The notes: a model not told the origin generated them from the sequence alone. 64,000 bases of DNA from Poseidonia sp. (GCA_038118245.1 JAYOHN010000001.1:14122-78121); one strand, 5' to 3'. Counted from the stretch's first letter, positions 1-9,879 are shown. Made by a program: numbers and translations.

Positions 1-77
1 CCGCTGAGCCTTTATGGCGAAACAGGCTCAAACACATACTTCCTTGAACAGGCTCGGTTTCCCAACCCTTGAGCCCC

Positions 78-548
78 ATGGAGACCTTGCCTTTGCTCGT
101 CCTTCTTCTCCATCCGCTGCTGGCCAGCGGGCTGGTGGTCTGGGTCTGGTGGCAGTACGCCTGGCGAAAGAAGTCCCATGAACTCAGAGGCGAAGAGCGG
201 GCTTCCTATCTTTCGAAGCACGAAAGCAACGGAGAGCGTTTGCTCTGGGCCACCGGAGGAGTCATTCTCGTGGCCTTTGCGGCCCGCGGCTTTGTTGGTT
301 GGTACGAAGGAGATGACGTGCTCGCTGCGCTCCTGCCTCAGTCCCTTCACGGGTACATGGGCCCCGTCGGTTTTGCCTTGATGGTCGCCTTGACGCGATT
401 CGGCAGGCAGGCGCAGGCACAACGACTTGCAGGCGAATCGTTTGCGACTTCAAAACTCAAGCACGGACGTGCAGCCGATCTGGTCGTCTACCTCGTCTTT
501 ATCCACGCCTTCCTCGGGTTCATCTACACCTTTGATGTTCTTGCATGA
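78..548 (+). CDS. Membrane protein, DUF4079-like (4 TM)
   Basis: Four hydrophobic segments, with His residues at helix positions (LLHPLL, SKHESNG, SLHGYMG, LKHGRAA, FIHAFLG) as in DUF4079/cytochrome b561-like proteins. ATG at 78 preferred over TTG at 69. Confidence 0.6.
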   Translation: METLPLLVLLLHPLLASGLVVWVWWQYAWRKKSHELRGEERASYLSKHESNGERLLWATGGVILVAFAARGFVGWYEGDDVLAALLPQSLHGYMGPVGFALMVALTRFGRQAQAQRLAGESFATSKLKHGRAADLVVYLVFIHAFLGFIYTFDVLA

Positions 549-624
549 CGTGTCTCAAGCATGGCTCGCTGGCCTTCGCAGGAAGGCTCAACCAGGACAG
601 GAAGAGAATTCTCACTCAGGGTGC

Positions 625-2073
625 TCAAAAGACGCTGGAGAACAACCAACCGAAGGTTGACTCGTCACCGGGTCCAAGGTAGAACATCAACATGAACACG
701 GCGATGCCGTACATGACCGGCCCGGGCTCGTCGGCCTTGCCCATGCCGAGTTTGATGAGCACATAGGAGATCACACCCCATGCAATACCGTCAGCGATGG
801 AGTAGGTGAACGGCATCAAGACCATGGTTAGGAAGGCCGGCAACACCATTTCCTTGTCGTCCCAGTTGATTTCCGTTGCCTGCTTCATCATCGTTGCACC
901 GACAATCACCAGAGCACAAGCAGCGGCAAAGGTGGGGATGGCGGAGAACAAACCGGAGAGGAAGAGGCCGGAGAGCATCAACACGCCGACAACAACGGCG
1001 GTTAACCCTGTCTTTCCGCCTTCTTCAACACCCGCCGCGGATTCGATGTAGGTGGTGGTGGTGCTGGTACCGCAAAGCGCACCCACGATGGTCGCTGCTG
1101 CGTCGGACATGAAGGCTTCATCAGAGTTCTGGAGTTCGTCGTCCTCGTTGACATAGCCGGCTTGACGGCCAACGGAGTAGAGGGTCCCGGCGGTGTCAAA
1201 GATATCGACAAACAGGAAGGCGATCATCACAAGCATGAAGTCAGCGAGGTTGTCGCTGATGTCACCAAAGGCACCGGCTGCAGCGCCAAGGGATTCTTCG
1301 GGCATGCCGACGAAACCGAAGATTTCCGTCGGCCACTCAGCCGTGGAGGAAGCCCACCCTGCGCCGCCGGCAGCAAAGTCGTTGTAGGGGTCGTACGCAC
1401 CCAAAATCCATCCAACCAGCGAAGCCCCAAGGACGCCGTAAATGATGGCGCCTTTGATGCCCCGGGCCATCATCACCGCAATGGCGATGAGCGCGATCAT
1501 CCCGATGACAGCCCCGTGATCGTAGGAGAACGATTCCGTTGTGGCGAGGTTAACGAGGGTGGCCCCGTCGTCCTGAATCCACCCCATTTCACGAAGACCG
1601 ATGATGGCGAGAAACATACCGATACCGGCGCCTGTGGCGATTTTCAGGTCCTTCGGGATGGCGTTGATCATCTTGGTGCGCCATCCGATTTGGGGCAAGG
1701 AAATGATGAGGAAGATGACCCCTTCAACCAACACAGCGGCCAAAGCGATCTCCCACGGAATGCCCATGCCGAGCACGACAGCGAAGGTGAAGTACGCATT
1801 GAGTCCCATGCCCGGTGCGAGCGCAAAGGGAAGGTTGGCCCAAAGCCCCATGACCACGCAACCAACGAAGGCGGCGATGGCCGTGGCGAAGAGGGCATCG
1901 TTGTAGGGAATCCCAGTCGCCCCGAAATTGTGGAGCATGGATGGGTTCACGATGAGAATGTACGCCATCGTCAAAAACGTCGTCAGGCCAGCGCGCAGCT
2001 CACCGTTCAAGGTTGCACCGCGCTCTTCAAATTTGAAATAATTCCCAATATCTTGCTCAAATCCCATGGTCAT
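625..2073 (-). CDS. NCS2/AzgA-PbuG family purine (adenine/guanine/hypoxanthine) permease
   Basis: Motifs ELRAGLTTFLTMAYILIVNP, PFALAPGMGLNAYF, DIFDTAGTL, TYIESAAGVEEGGKTGL and PFTYSIADGI. Adjacent to apt. Confidence 0.93.
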   Translation of the reverse strand: MTMGFEQDIGNYFKFEERGATLNGELRAGLTTFLTMAYILIVNPSMLHNFGATGIPYNDALFATAIAAFVGCVVMGLWANLPFALAPGMGLNAYFTFAVVLGMGIPWEIALAAVLVEGVIFLIISLPQIGWRTKMINAIPKDLKIATGAGIGMFLAIIGLREMGWIQDDGATLVNLATTESFSYDHGAVIGMIALIAIAVMMARGIKGAIIYGVLGASLVGWILGAYDPYNDFAAGGAGWASSTAEWPTEIFGFVGMPEESLGAAAGAFGDISDNLADFMLVMIAFLFVDIFDTAGTLYSVGRQAGYVNEDDELQNSDEAFMSDAAATIVGALCGTSTTTTYIESAAGVEEGGKTGLTAVVVGVLMLSGLFLSGLFSAIPTFAAACALVIVGATMMKQATEINWDDKEMVLPAFLTMVLMPFTYSIADGIAWGVISYVLIKLGMGKADEPGPVMYGIAVFMLMFYLGPGDESTFGWLFSSVF

Positions 2074-2106
2074 GTCTCCTGTGGTTACCCTTCTATTGCG
2101 TGGAGG

Positions 2107-2121
2107 GATTAATATACTTCG
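2107..2121 (-). promoter_or_regulatory. Probable TATA box of the permease gene
   Basis: Minus strand reads CGAAG-TATATTAA about 35-45 nt upstream of the start codon(s), in a GC-rich background. Confidence 0.55.
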
Positions 2122-2124
2122 GGT

Positions 2125-2143
2125 GAAAAAAACCCTTTTTTTC
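2125..2143. terminator. GA7-CCC-T7C palindrome: oligo-T terminator of apt and/or operator
   Basis: GAAAAAAACCCTTTTTTTC lies just downstream of the apt stop and just upstream of the permease TATA box. It gives a T7 run on both strands. Confidence 0.4.
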
Positions 2144-2172
2144 TCTGAAAATCAGGTTTGTCCCGCTCACCG

Positions 2173-2688
2173 TCATTCGTCGTAAGTCACGAGGGTGTGC
2201 ACGGGCGCCCCAATCCCGTCTCGACCGTTCAAGAAGGTCAATTCAACCACCACGCCGCAGCCGACCACATCTGCTCCGGCCGACGTGCACAACTGAACCG
2301 AGGCGGCCAGGGTCCCACCTGTGGCCAGTAGATCGTCCAATATCACCACCCGCTGCCCCTCCACGAGGGCGTCGGTTTGAATTTCGATGGTGTCTGTTCC
2401 GTATTCCAGGTCGTAGGTGAGCGTGTGGGTTGGACCGGGGAGTTTCCCTTGCTTGCGAATCATCATCATCGGCACCCCAAGTCGCTGCGCAAGGGGCGTA
2501 GCAAACAGAAAACCACGGCTTTCGATACCCGCAATCACGTCCGGCTCCCACCGACGAAGAACGGCTTCGAATGCATCGAGGCAATGCGCCAGTGCCTCCG
2601 GCTCGCGCAACAACGTAGCAATGTCATAGAACAAGATGCCTTCAACGGGAAAATCCGGTATGCTCCGAATGTGTTCTTTGAGATTCAT
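2173..2688 (-). CDS. apt: Adenine phosphoribosyltransferase
   Basis: IRSIPDFPVEGILFYDI, GIESRGF, RKQGKLPG, LEYGTD and the PRPP-binding VVILDDLLATGGT motif. Confidence 0.96.
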   Translation of the reverse strand: MNLKEHIRSIPDFPVEGILFYDIATLLREPEALAHCLDAFEAVLRRWEPDVIAGIESRGFLFATPLAQRLGVPMMMIRKQGKLPGPTHTLTYDLEYGTDTIEIQTDALVEGQRVVILDDLLATGGTLAASVQLCTSAGADVVGCGVVVELTFLNGRDGIGAPVHTLVTYDE

Positions 2689-2793
2689 GCACCGGTGTCG
2701 TAGCGTGCGGTTCTTCTACATGCCCTTAGGGGTTTGAGGCGAACATCAACAACGGAAACGCTGATTGAAATACAGCGTTTTTGCCGAAGAGGC

Positions 2794-5139
2794 ATGGAAG
2801 GGGCAACAGACCCAGCCGTCTTGAAGGACCGTGCTTTCTTCAAAATGGGGTTATTCATCCACGACCACCAAAAAACCGTCATGGTTCTCGGACTCATCTC
2901 CTGCGTCCTCATGGCGGGGTTGTGGACCATCGGTGCCGATTGGGCCGAGGGATTTGGTGAGGACGATGTTGAATCGGTGAACGCCGGCCGCCTCATCTCC
3001 GAACGTTTCGCAAGCGACGGAGACGACAGCGGGCAATCGTTCCGCTACGTTGTCCATCATCCGAGCTTCAACGACAGCGACGATGCCTGGCGTTCAGCGG
3101 TGGTTGAAGCCCTGGCAGCCTTTGCCGAGCACCCCGAGGTGACCGTGGAATATTCGTGGGAGGTGGCCGATGTTGACCGAGATGATGTTGCCGCTGAGGA
3201 CGAGGATGGGATGTACGCCATCAACACCGTCCGGATGTCCACCGACCGAAAAGAGGCCAAGGCGATCATGAGCGACCTGCGCGACACGGTGGACATTGAC
3301 GAAGGGTTTGAGGGTTGGATGACCGACGGCATTTTCATCGATTGGACGTTTGATGACCGCATCAAAAACGACCTCATCAAAGCCGAGTTGATCTCCGGAC
3401 CCTTGTCCATCCTCATCTTGGGCATGGTCTTTGGTTCCATCGTCGCAGCCTTGCTTCCTGTTGGCGTCGGCGTTGGTACGGTCCTTGCCGCGATCGGCAT
3501 GACCGTCTGGCTCTCAAACGTCACCGACGTGACGGTTTACGCGACCAACATCATCTCCCTGATCGGCATCGGTGTCTCCATCGATTACTCGCTTTTCTTG
3601 GTCAACCGATTCCGTGAAGAACTCGACCGAGGGCATGACGTGCGAACGGCAACGGCCATGAGTTGCGCCACCGCTGGAAAAGCCGTTTTCTATTCAGGCA
3701 TCACGGTCGCCATCGGGTTGATGGGGATGTTGTTTTTCCAAAACACCTCCCTGCCCTCCTTGGGCATCGGCGGTACGATGGCGGTGTCCATCGCAATGGT
3801 GTACTCCACCGTCGTGTTACCTGCGGTCATGGCTTGGCTTGGCCCGAGGGTGAACAGCGGACGGATACCTTTCGCCCTGGACATGCGAGCGAAAGATGAC
3901 GGCGTCTGGGCGAGCATCGCTAAGCGCGTGATGGACCGGCCATGGGCGGTGCTGATCCCCACACTCGTCCTCTTGATCGGTGCCGGATTGCCGTTCGCCT
4001 ACGCTGAATTTTCGCTCTCTTCCTGGAAGGCCTTGCCGCCGGATGACGAATCGCGTCAGGGCATGGAGCTCATCGATGAACAATGGCCGGACCAGGCCGC
4101 CAACTCGATTTTCCTCGTCATCGACATGGATGGCGAGGACCCGCTTTCGGACGCAAACTTGCGAGCCCAACACGCCTACCTCACCAACCTCTTGGAAGAC
4201 CCGCGTGTCTCCGGAGGCATCGGGGTCGGGCTCCCGACGGCGACGATGACGGCGGAGGAGGTTGTGGGGTTCTGGTCGGCACCCGCAGAAGCCTTGGGTG
4301 AACAAGCGGCGATGCGAGAAAGCTTGCGTGCGTCCTTTGTGGGGGACGATGCAACCCTGATGTCGGTGCAACTCGTCGGGGCTCAGACAAGCGTGGATTC
4401 CAGGCAGACCGTTGAGGACATCCGAGACGAGCGCGGAACCTTTTTGGATGAATTGTCCGGGGAAAACGACCGCTTGCTCGTTGCTGGCTTCGCAGCCTAC
4501 AACGCTGACAACCTCGACGCCATAGCGGACAACCTTCCCCGCGCCTTGGCGTTCATCCTCATCGCCACGATGCTGTTGATTTTCGTGCAGGTAAAATCCG
4601 TGGTCATTCCCATCAAAGCCATTGCCATGAACATCCTCTCCATCTCGGCATCCTTCGGCATGCTGGTTTGGGTTTTCCAGTGGGGCTACGGGGAATCCTT
4701 GCTCAATTTTACCGCCCAACCCATCGATTCAGGCAACCCCGTCATCATGTTCTGCATCGTGTTCGGCCTCTCCATGGATTACGAAGTCTTGATGCTCTCC
4801 CGTATTCATGAAGAATGGGAACGGACAGGTGACAACACGCTGGCCGTCGCCAACGGCCTGCAAAAAACCGGGGGCCTCATCACCGGGGCAGCCGCCATCA
4901 TGGTCGTCGTCTTCAGTGCCTTTGGTTTGTCGTCGGTCATCATTCTCAAACAAATCGGCTTGGGCTTGGCCTTGGCTATTTTCGTCGACGCAACGCTCGT
5001 TCGCGCCCTGGTGGTCCCATCCACCATGCGCCTGATGGGCAAATGGAACTGGTGGGCCCCCTCATTTTTGAGCGGGAAAGGAAGCGGGGACCAAGCCCCT
5101 CACCTCCTTCAAGAGGCGATGGTCGGCGAGCAAGAATGA
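2794..5139 (+). CDS. MMPL/RND family transporter
   Basis: Two repeats of TM plus extracytoplasmic domain, with IGIGVSIDYSLFLVNRFREEL and FGLSMDYEVLMLSRIHEE, and a C-terminal DATLVRALVVPSTMRLMGKWNWW. Confidence 0.93.
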   Translation: MEGATDPAVLKDRAFFKMGLFIHDHQKTVMVLGLISCVLMAGLWTIGADWAEGFGEDDVESVNAGRLISERFASDGDDSGQSFRYVVHHPSFNDSDDAWRSAVVEALAAFAEHPEVTVEYSWEVADVDRDDVAAEDEDGMYAINTVRMSTDRKEAKAIMSDLRDTVDIDEGFEGWMTDGIFIDWTFDDRIKNDLIKAELISGPLSILILGMVFGSIVAALLPVGVGVGTVLAAIGMTVWLSNVTDVTVYATNIISLIGIGVSIDYSLFLVNRFREELDRGHDVRTATAMSCATAGKAVFYSGITVAIGLMGMLFFQNTSLPSLGIGGTMAVSIAMVYSTVVLPAVMAWLGPRVNSGRIPFALDMRAKDDGVWASIAKRVMDRPWAVLIPTLVLLIGAGLPFAYAEFSLSSWKALPPDDESRQGMELIDEQWPDQAANSIFLVIDMDGEDPLSDANLRAQHAYLTNLLEDPRVSGGIGVGLPTATMTAEEVVGFWSAPAEALGEQAAMRESLRASFVGDDATLMSVQLVGAQTSVDSRQTVEDIRDERGTFLDELSGENDRLLVAGFAAYNADNLDAIADNLPRALAFILIATMLLIFVQVKSVVIPIKAIAMNILSISASFGMLVWVFQWGYGESLLNFTAQPIDSGNPVIMFCIVFGLSMDYEVLMLSRIHEEWERTGDNTLAVANGLQKTGGLITGAAAIMVVVFSAFGLSSVIILKQIGLGLALAIFVDATLVRALVVPSTMRLMGKWNWWAPSFLSGKGSGDQAPHLLQEAMVGEQE

Positions 5140-5189
5140 AGCCGTTTCGGCGACAGAACGTTCAAAACATCGCCGACCGCCCGAGAAGC

Positions 5190-5420
5190 ATGGCGCGAGA
5201 CCGAACCGTTCGCAAAGTCGAGAAGGTCATGAAGCGTGTTGAAAAGCACATCGAGGAAACCCGAGATGCCCTTGAAGACCTGGAAATTGAGTTTGAAGTC
5301 CTCAAGGCCACGGTAAAGCGACTTCGCAACGCCGCTGTGGAAGAAGCCCCCGTTGAGGTTGAGGATGACGAACCCGACATCGAGAACTCCACGAACACCA
5401 CCGCCATGCGAAAGTTTTGA
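5190..5420 (+). CDS. Small coiled-coil protein with acidic tail
   Basis: MARDRTVRKVEKVMKRVEKHIEETRDALEDLEIEFEVLK heptad pattern. Fills the gap between MMPL and the DHH gene. Confidence 0.6.
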   Translation: MARDRTVRKVEKVMKRVEKHIEETRDALEDLEIEFEVLKATVKRLRNAAVEEAPVEVEDDEPDIENSTNTTAMRKF

Positions 5421-5423
5421 CCA

Positions 5424-6413
5424 TCAACGAACCAAAACGTCGTCTCGGTTGGCCCACATCGTCATCCAATGAGCAAGATTCGCTTCCAATCCGGGGGGTT
5501 GAATCCTGCACCCACAGGCATTGGCGTGACCACCCCCGGTGGGGTCAAGTGACGTCGCTAAACGTGAAAGATCGTACCGGTCTTGCCCTTGGGGAAGGAA
5601 GGAATTGGCGTAAAAACTCGCCGAGAGCGGCGGGCGTTGCGGGTCGTCCAACCGTCCGTCGGCGTACCCATGGACGATGCAGCATGCATCGGCATCCCCT
5701 CCAGCCCAGGCCGTGACGAGGTAGCCGTTGGAGCGAAGCGGTGTCTCGTCGAAGCGGCAAACGGCCAACCGGTCAACGATGGTGGTGTTGGTTTTGACAT
5801 GTTCAAGCGCCAAGACCCGCTCGTTCACCACTTCCTGAATTCGCTGCTGAACGATTTGGTCGTTCAGCAAGTCGCCTAAGGTTGCACCTGAGGTCAGCAA
5901 AGCCACAAGATGGTCCATGTACGCCGGGTCCCGAGATGTGCAGGTTCGAGCGAGTTGAAGCAGCGGCCCGTCCTCAAGAAAGGCCTCCTTTGAGATGCCG
6001 CCCGAATCAAGCGCATCCACCGTCGGCATCATGTCAGCCAAATGGTCCATCTCGGTGATGTCGACCAACAAGTCGTAGGCCAAACGGGCAGCAGAGGGGG
6101 TCGCTTCCCAATGTTGAGTTCCTCCGGCAGCAGCGAAGGCCTCGGCTTGCTGCTCATCGGGACGGTTGGTCATGTGGTGGTCCACGTACCAACCGCATTC
6201 GGGATGAAACGGCAAATCGACCAGCGCCGTGGTTCGGTGGACGAGGTCGTCCATGATGCCCGAACGCAGAGCAGCGGCGTGCGTGAAGACCACCTCGGCC
6301 TCGGGCCGGTAGGCTTTGAGCACCGCCGCTCCGAACAAGCCGTCCATGTCCGAATCGGCGAGGATACGCGTGTAAAGCGGAACCTCGTCCTCGCTCAACG
6401 CTTCCACAGGCAT
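5424..6413 (-). CDS. DHH/DHHA1 phosphoesterase (nanoRNase/exopolyphosphatase-like)
   Basis: DSDMDG (DxD), VDLP, VDHH, PSAARL and C-terminal GGGHANACG motifs. Start is uncertain (6413 or 6440). Confidence 0.85.
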   Translation of the reverse strand: MPVEALSEDEVPLYTRILADSDMDGLFGAAVLKAYRPEAEVVFTHAAALRSGIMDDLVHRTTALVDLPFHPECGWYVDHHMTNRPDEQQAEAFAAAGGTQHWEATPSAARLAYDLLVDITEMDHLADMMPTVDALDSGGISKEAFLEDGPLLQLARTCTSRDPAYMDHLVALLTSGATLGDLLNDQIVQQRIQEVVNERVLALEHVKTNTTIVDRLAVCRFDETPLRSNGYLVTAWAGGDADACCIVHGYADGRLDDPQRPPLSASFYANSFLPQGQDRYDLSRLATSLDPTGGGHANACGCRIQPPGLEANLAHWMTMWANRDDVLVR

Positions 6414-6498
6414 GCCGATGTTGCTGGGACGGCCATCCATGAAGGTTCGGTGGTGACTCGCCGTTACGACCATGAAGAAGAACCGGTGGGCACACATC

Positions 6499-6909
6499 AT
6501 GGAAACCTCCTGCGGCGTCGTTTTGGTCAACTACGGAACGGTGTTGTTGCTCCAGTACCCGCAAGGGCACTGGGACCTACCAAAGGGTCACGTCGAAGCG
6601 GAAGATGTTGATCGTATCGAGACGATGCTGCGCGAACTCGCCGAGGAGACGGGCATCCATGACGTTCACATCCTGCACGGCTTTGAGGAGCGAACGGAGT
6701 ACACCTTCCGGCACAAGGGTAAACGGCAAACCAAGGAGGTCTACTGGTACCTCGCCGAAACCGAAGAAATGGAGGTCACGCTTTCCCATGAACATCGCGG
6801 CTACCTTTGGTTGGATTGGGACCAAGCGCTTGAGACCATCACGCACGGGGAGACTCGCGCCGTGGTTGAAAGCGCACAGCGTTTTGTCCAACTCCACGGA
6901 CGGCAGTGA
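6499..6909 (+). CDS. NUDIX hydrolase, Ap4A hydrolase-like
   Basis: SCGVV..., HWDLPKGHVE...RELAEETGI Nudix box, and KEVYWYLA...LSHEH typical of asymmetric Ap4A hydrolases. Confidence 0.88.
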   Translation: METSCGVVLVNYGTVLLLQYPQGHWDLPKGHVEAEDVDRIETMLRELAEETGIHDVHILHGFEERTEYTFRHKGKRQTKEVYWYLAETEEMEVTLSHEHRGYLWLDWDQALETITHGETRAVVESAQRFVQLHGRQ

Positions 6910-7605
6910 TCACAACGCGGAAAAGTCATCATCGTTTGAGCGGATTTGAGCCACTCGATGCGCCACCCCTCGTTCAGCCGGACGTTTTCCAAGAGGCACC
7001 CAAAGCGTCTCGTCTTCGTTCAACATCAAGCCGACCCAGCGACCCAAAACGAACAACCAGTCCGAAAGGCGGTTCAGGTACACCAAGACCACGGAACGCA
7101 CCGCTCCCTCTCCTTCGTGTTCACCGAGTTGCACCGCCTCGCGTTCAAGCCTCCGCGTGACCGTCCGGGCCAAATGCAGAGCAGCAACCGGAGGCGACCC
7201 TGTGGGAAGCACGAAACTCTTCAGTTCCGGGAGGTCTTCCAGCCAGGCGTCCATCTCGGCGACCAAAACATCGGTTTGTTGCTCGGAGAGAAGCACCATG
7301 TAATCGGGTAAGGTGGAAGGGGGGCAAGCGAGTTCTGCACCCAGGTCAAACAATTCGTTTTGCACCCTTGAGAGAGCTTCCGTAGCCACGGTATGAACCC
7401 GTTTTGCGCTCGTGCGGTCGCCGCCGTCCTCGTGAACGGGAAGGCGATTCAATTCCATCAACACCGTCCCAATCCAGCTGTTGACCTCGTCGCAAACGCC
7501 AACGACACCGAAGCGAGGGTCGCCTTTTGAGCGGCGGGAACCGTCGACCAAGGAGGATTCGCCAGCGTCGCCTCCGCCGGTGTAAACGCGATTGATCTTC
7601 ACCAT
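6910..7605 (-). CDS. ATP:cob(I)alamin adenosyltransferase, PduO type
   Basis: KINRVYTGGGDAGESSL, GVCDEVNS, VQNELFDLGAELA, FVLPTG, LHLARTVTRRLER, YLNRLSDWLFVLGR. Confidence 0.95.
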   Translation of the reverse strand: MVKINRVYTGGGDAGESSLVDGSRRSKGDPRFGVVGVCDEVNSWIGTVLMELNRLPVHEDGGDRTSAKRVHTVATEALSRVQNELFDLGAELACPPSTLPDYMVLLSEQQTDVLVAEMDAWLEDLPELKSFVLPTGSPPVAALHLARTVTRRLEREAVQLGEHEGEGAVRSVVLVYLNRLSDWLFVLGRWVGLMLNEDETLWVPLGKRPAERGVAHRVAQIRSNDDDFSAL

Positions 7606-7631
7606 CTTCCCTCGCCCTCATCAAGCCGAGT

Positions 7632-8138
7632 TCATGCCTCTATGAGGGGTTTGCGGGAAGGGAAGCCTTCCTCCATCCGGTAATACCACTCGATGTCTTC
7701 TTCACCAACGGCCCAAGAGAACAACGCCATGCGTCGGTCGACCACCCCGTACCACTCAAGGCGACCGGGGTCCATGGAGACGATGCGGGCGCCGACCGAT
7801 TCAAGACGAGCGACGTTCGCTTGCCATTGAGCCACCAGTTGACCGAGGTGCTCGGCCACTTCCATCACGTGCGGATGGGTCATGGGGTACCGGTCAAGAA
7901 GCAATTCAAGTTCATCGGTGACATCGTGCGCTTCGTCGCTCATGGCCTGAAGCACCATCAAGACACTGCTCGCCTCCTTGAGCGAGGCTCGGGCGTCCTC
8001 AATGGTGACGACCACCGCGTCATCGGGGAGCGGGTAGGGGAGTTCAGCATCGGGTGAGAGTTCCTCCAAAGCCATGGGGAGGCCAGAAAATGAAGGTTGG
8101 TCTGAAGGCGGACTCACGGCTAAGGCTTGACTTGACAC
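7632..8138 (-). CDS. DUF2203-like protein
   Basis: Coiled coil followed by GARIVSMDPGRLEWYG...LFSWAVGEEDIEWYYRMEEGFPSRKPL, resembling the DUF2203 C-terminus. Confidence 0.65.
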   Translation of the reverse strand: MSSQALAVSPPSDQPSFSGLPMALEELSPDAELPYPLPDDAVVVTIEDARASLKEASSVLMVLQAMSDEAHDVTDELELLLDRYPMTHPHVMEVAEHLGQLVAQWQANVARLESVGARIVSMDPGRLEWYGVVDRRMALFSWAVGEEDIEWYYRMEEGFPSRKPLIEA

Positions 8139-8209
8139 CCTTTCAACTCATCGGAAGCGCGGCATGAGAAAACGCTCTTTTTGAACGGATTTTGGACATC
8201 CGAGGCAGA

Positions 8210-8491
8210 TTAACCGGGGAGTGCTGCTGAAGAGACCCGCCGGGTTCGAAGCCGACGAACCTTCGCCCACCCAACGGTGATGACGCCCGCCCACATCACG
8301 ACCTCAAGAGCGATGATGAGGTAGTACAAGGGCCCAAGCGATTTGAGCATCGTGACCGCATCGTAGGGCAGGCCGTGGACGGCCATGTACGCCGACTGCG
8401 AAAGCAGGCTGGAAGAAAACCAAACCAGGACAGCAAGCCAAAGCCATGTTCCACCCGTCCATTCTTTGGAGCGATGCTGTAACTTTTCCAT
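8210..8491 (-). CDS. Small membrane protein (2 TM)
   Basis: Two hydrophobic helices and a basic tail. TATA-like CTTATATC on the minus strand at ~8513-8520. Confidence 0.6.
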   Translation of the reverse strand: MEKLQHRSKEWTGGTWLWLAVLVWFSSSLLSQSAYMAVHGLPYDAVTMLKSLGPLYYLIIALEVVMWAGVITVGWAKVRRLRTRRVSSAALPG

Positions 8492-8563
8492 GAAATAACA
8501 TGGTCGTCCATGGATATAAGTCCTCGTTTGAATTGTGCGCGAAATCCCCGAAATCCGGAAGCT

Positions 8564-9343
8564 TTACTCCGCTTCCGCTACGTTATCTTCGCTTGCGAGG
8601 GATGGAGACAACCGGTTCATGGAATCCAGCGCCTCCTCGACAGCCTCGATCCAAGCGTCGGCGACCGCTGCCTCGCCACCCGCATCCTCAAACGCTTCCA
8701 ACCACCGCTGAGCTGCTTCGTCCTCGCCAAGAAAAACATGAATCCGATGAAGGGCGACGTAGGCCATTGGATTGAGGTGTTCCTCATCCGCATCCCAACC
8801 GCGTTCAAAACACGCCACAGCGCCGTGTTCCCCGATAAGTTGCCCGCGCTGAAGCGCCACCATGCCGGCTTGACTCCAAGCCAAAGGCAAACGACCGATA
8901 AGCAAACCGCGGAACACCAACCAGGTCTGACCACCGCCCAGCACGACCAACATCAAGAAGCCCGACCATTGTTCAAACGTCGCGAGGTCCGGCCACGTTT
9001 GCACCATCAGCCCTCCAGCCCCAATGCAAAACAAGAACCCGGCCATGGGTGCGATGAAGACGTCGCGGCGTGTTCGTACCATGTGATGGATGCCCGCAAG
9101 AACACCGAAGGACCCCACGACCAACGAAAAGGTGAGCAAGAACACCAAGGACATGGGCCGAGGGGCTTGTTCGCCGACGGCAAGCAGGAACGAAAACGAG
9201 AGGAGGAGCCAACCGAATCGGCCTGAAATTTCCGGAAAGGGTTGATGCCGGCTGCCCAAAATCAGGGCCAACGAAACCGTGAACATGGCGGCGAGAACAA
9301 GCCACTTGCCGGTCGTCTCGTCAAGGAACACGCTTGCACCCAA
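8564..9343 (-). CDS. Membrane protein (about 5 TM) with C-terminal TPR-like helical domain
   Basis: Hydrophobic N-terminal two-thirds, then AWSQAGMVALQRG...AVACFERG...AYVALHRIHVFLGEDEAAQRW helical repeats. Confidence 0.65.
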   Translation of the reverse strand: MGASVFLDETTGKWLVLAAMFTVSLALILGSRHQPFPEISGRFGWLLLSFSFLLAVGEQAPRPMSLVFLLTFSLVVGSFGVLAGIHHMVRTRRDVFIAPMAGFLFCIGAGGLMVQTWPDLATFEQWSGFLMLVVLGGGQTWLVFRGLLIGRLPLAWSQAGMVALQRGQLIGEHGAVACFERGWDADEEHLNPMAYVALHRIHVFLGEDEAAQRWLEAFEDAGGEAAVADAWIEAVEEALDSMNRLSPSLASEDNVAEAE

Positions 9344-9367
9344 ACGGAGGCACCCGATGGGGTGCTA

Positions 9368-9802
9368 TCATGCTTTGTGATAGCCTGTGCCGCGTTGGAT
9401 TTCACTCGCCCTGTACACTTGTTCCACCAGCATCACCGCCGCCAGTTCATGCGGAAACGTCATCGGCGAGAGCGATAAACGTTGAGCGGCGTCGATGGCC
9501 GGCAAGGAAGGCCATCCCTCCGCCGGACCGATGGCGAGATGGACCGTTTCGCTTGAAAGCTGCCATGCCTCGTAGCGCCTCGCAAAGGCCATGGAATCGT
9601 CGATTTCACCGCCCTCATCGAGCAAGACCAAGCTTCCGGCGAGGTCCAAGAGGCGGGTAACGTAGGCCTCGGCGGAGAGTTTGGAGGGGTGGTGTTCAAA
9701 ACGAACCCCTCGACCTTTGAGCCGCTCGCCGTACATCGTCATCAGGCGCTGAAGCGAGGCGTCTTTTGGGACACCGTGCGTGTGGAGAACAAGGCGACCC
9801 AT
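9368..9802 (-). CDS. rlmH: 23S rRNA (pseudouridine1915-N3)-methyltransferase (SPOUT)
   Basis: [25 protein letters not shown] and [35 protein letters not shown]. Confidence 0.9.
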   Translation of the reverse strand: MGRLVLHTHGVPKDASLQRLMTMYGERLKGRGVRFEHHPSKLSAEAYVTRLLDLAGSLVLLDEGGEIDDSMAFARRYEAWQLSSETVHLAIGPAEGWPSLPAIDAAQRLSLSPMTFPHELAAVMLVEQVYRASEIQRGTGYHKA

Positions 9803-9879
9803 GGTGCACCGAGACCGAGCGGCGATTTCAACCCTCGTCGCAGGAACAACTCCTTGAACCCGAAGGTAAGCAGACCATC

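Noticed and set aside
1162..2112. Long antisense ORFs (also 3817-4719, 12046-12987, 16410-17759, 37607-38590, 40288-41358, 46354-47517, 48788-49792, 58515-59441)
   Set aside because: They lie fully opposite well-supported genes, have no recognisable motifs, and are expected shadows of GC-rich codon bias.
2074..2172. Purine riboswitch or second ORB upstream of the permease
   Set aside because: No purine-riboswitch core. The TGATTTTCAGAGAAAAAAAGGG similarity to an ORB lacks the TCCA-x-TGGA core and is better explained by homopolymer runs.
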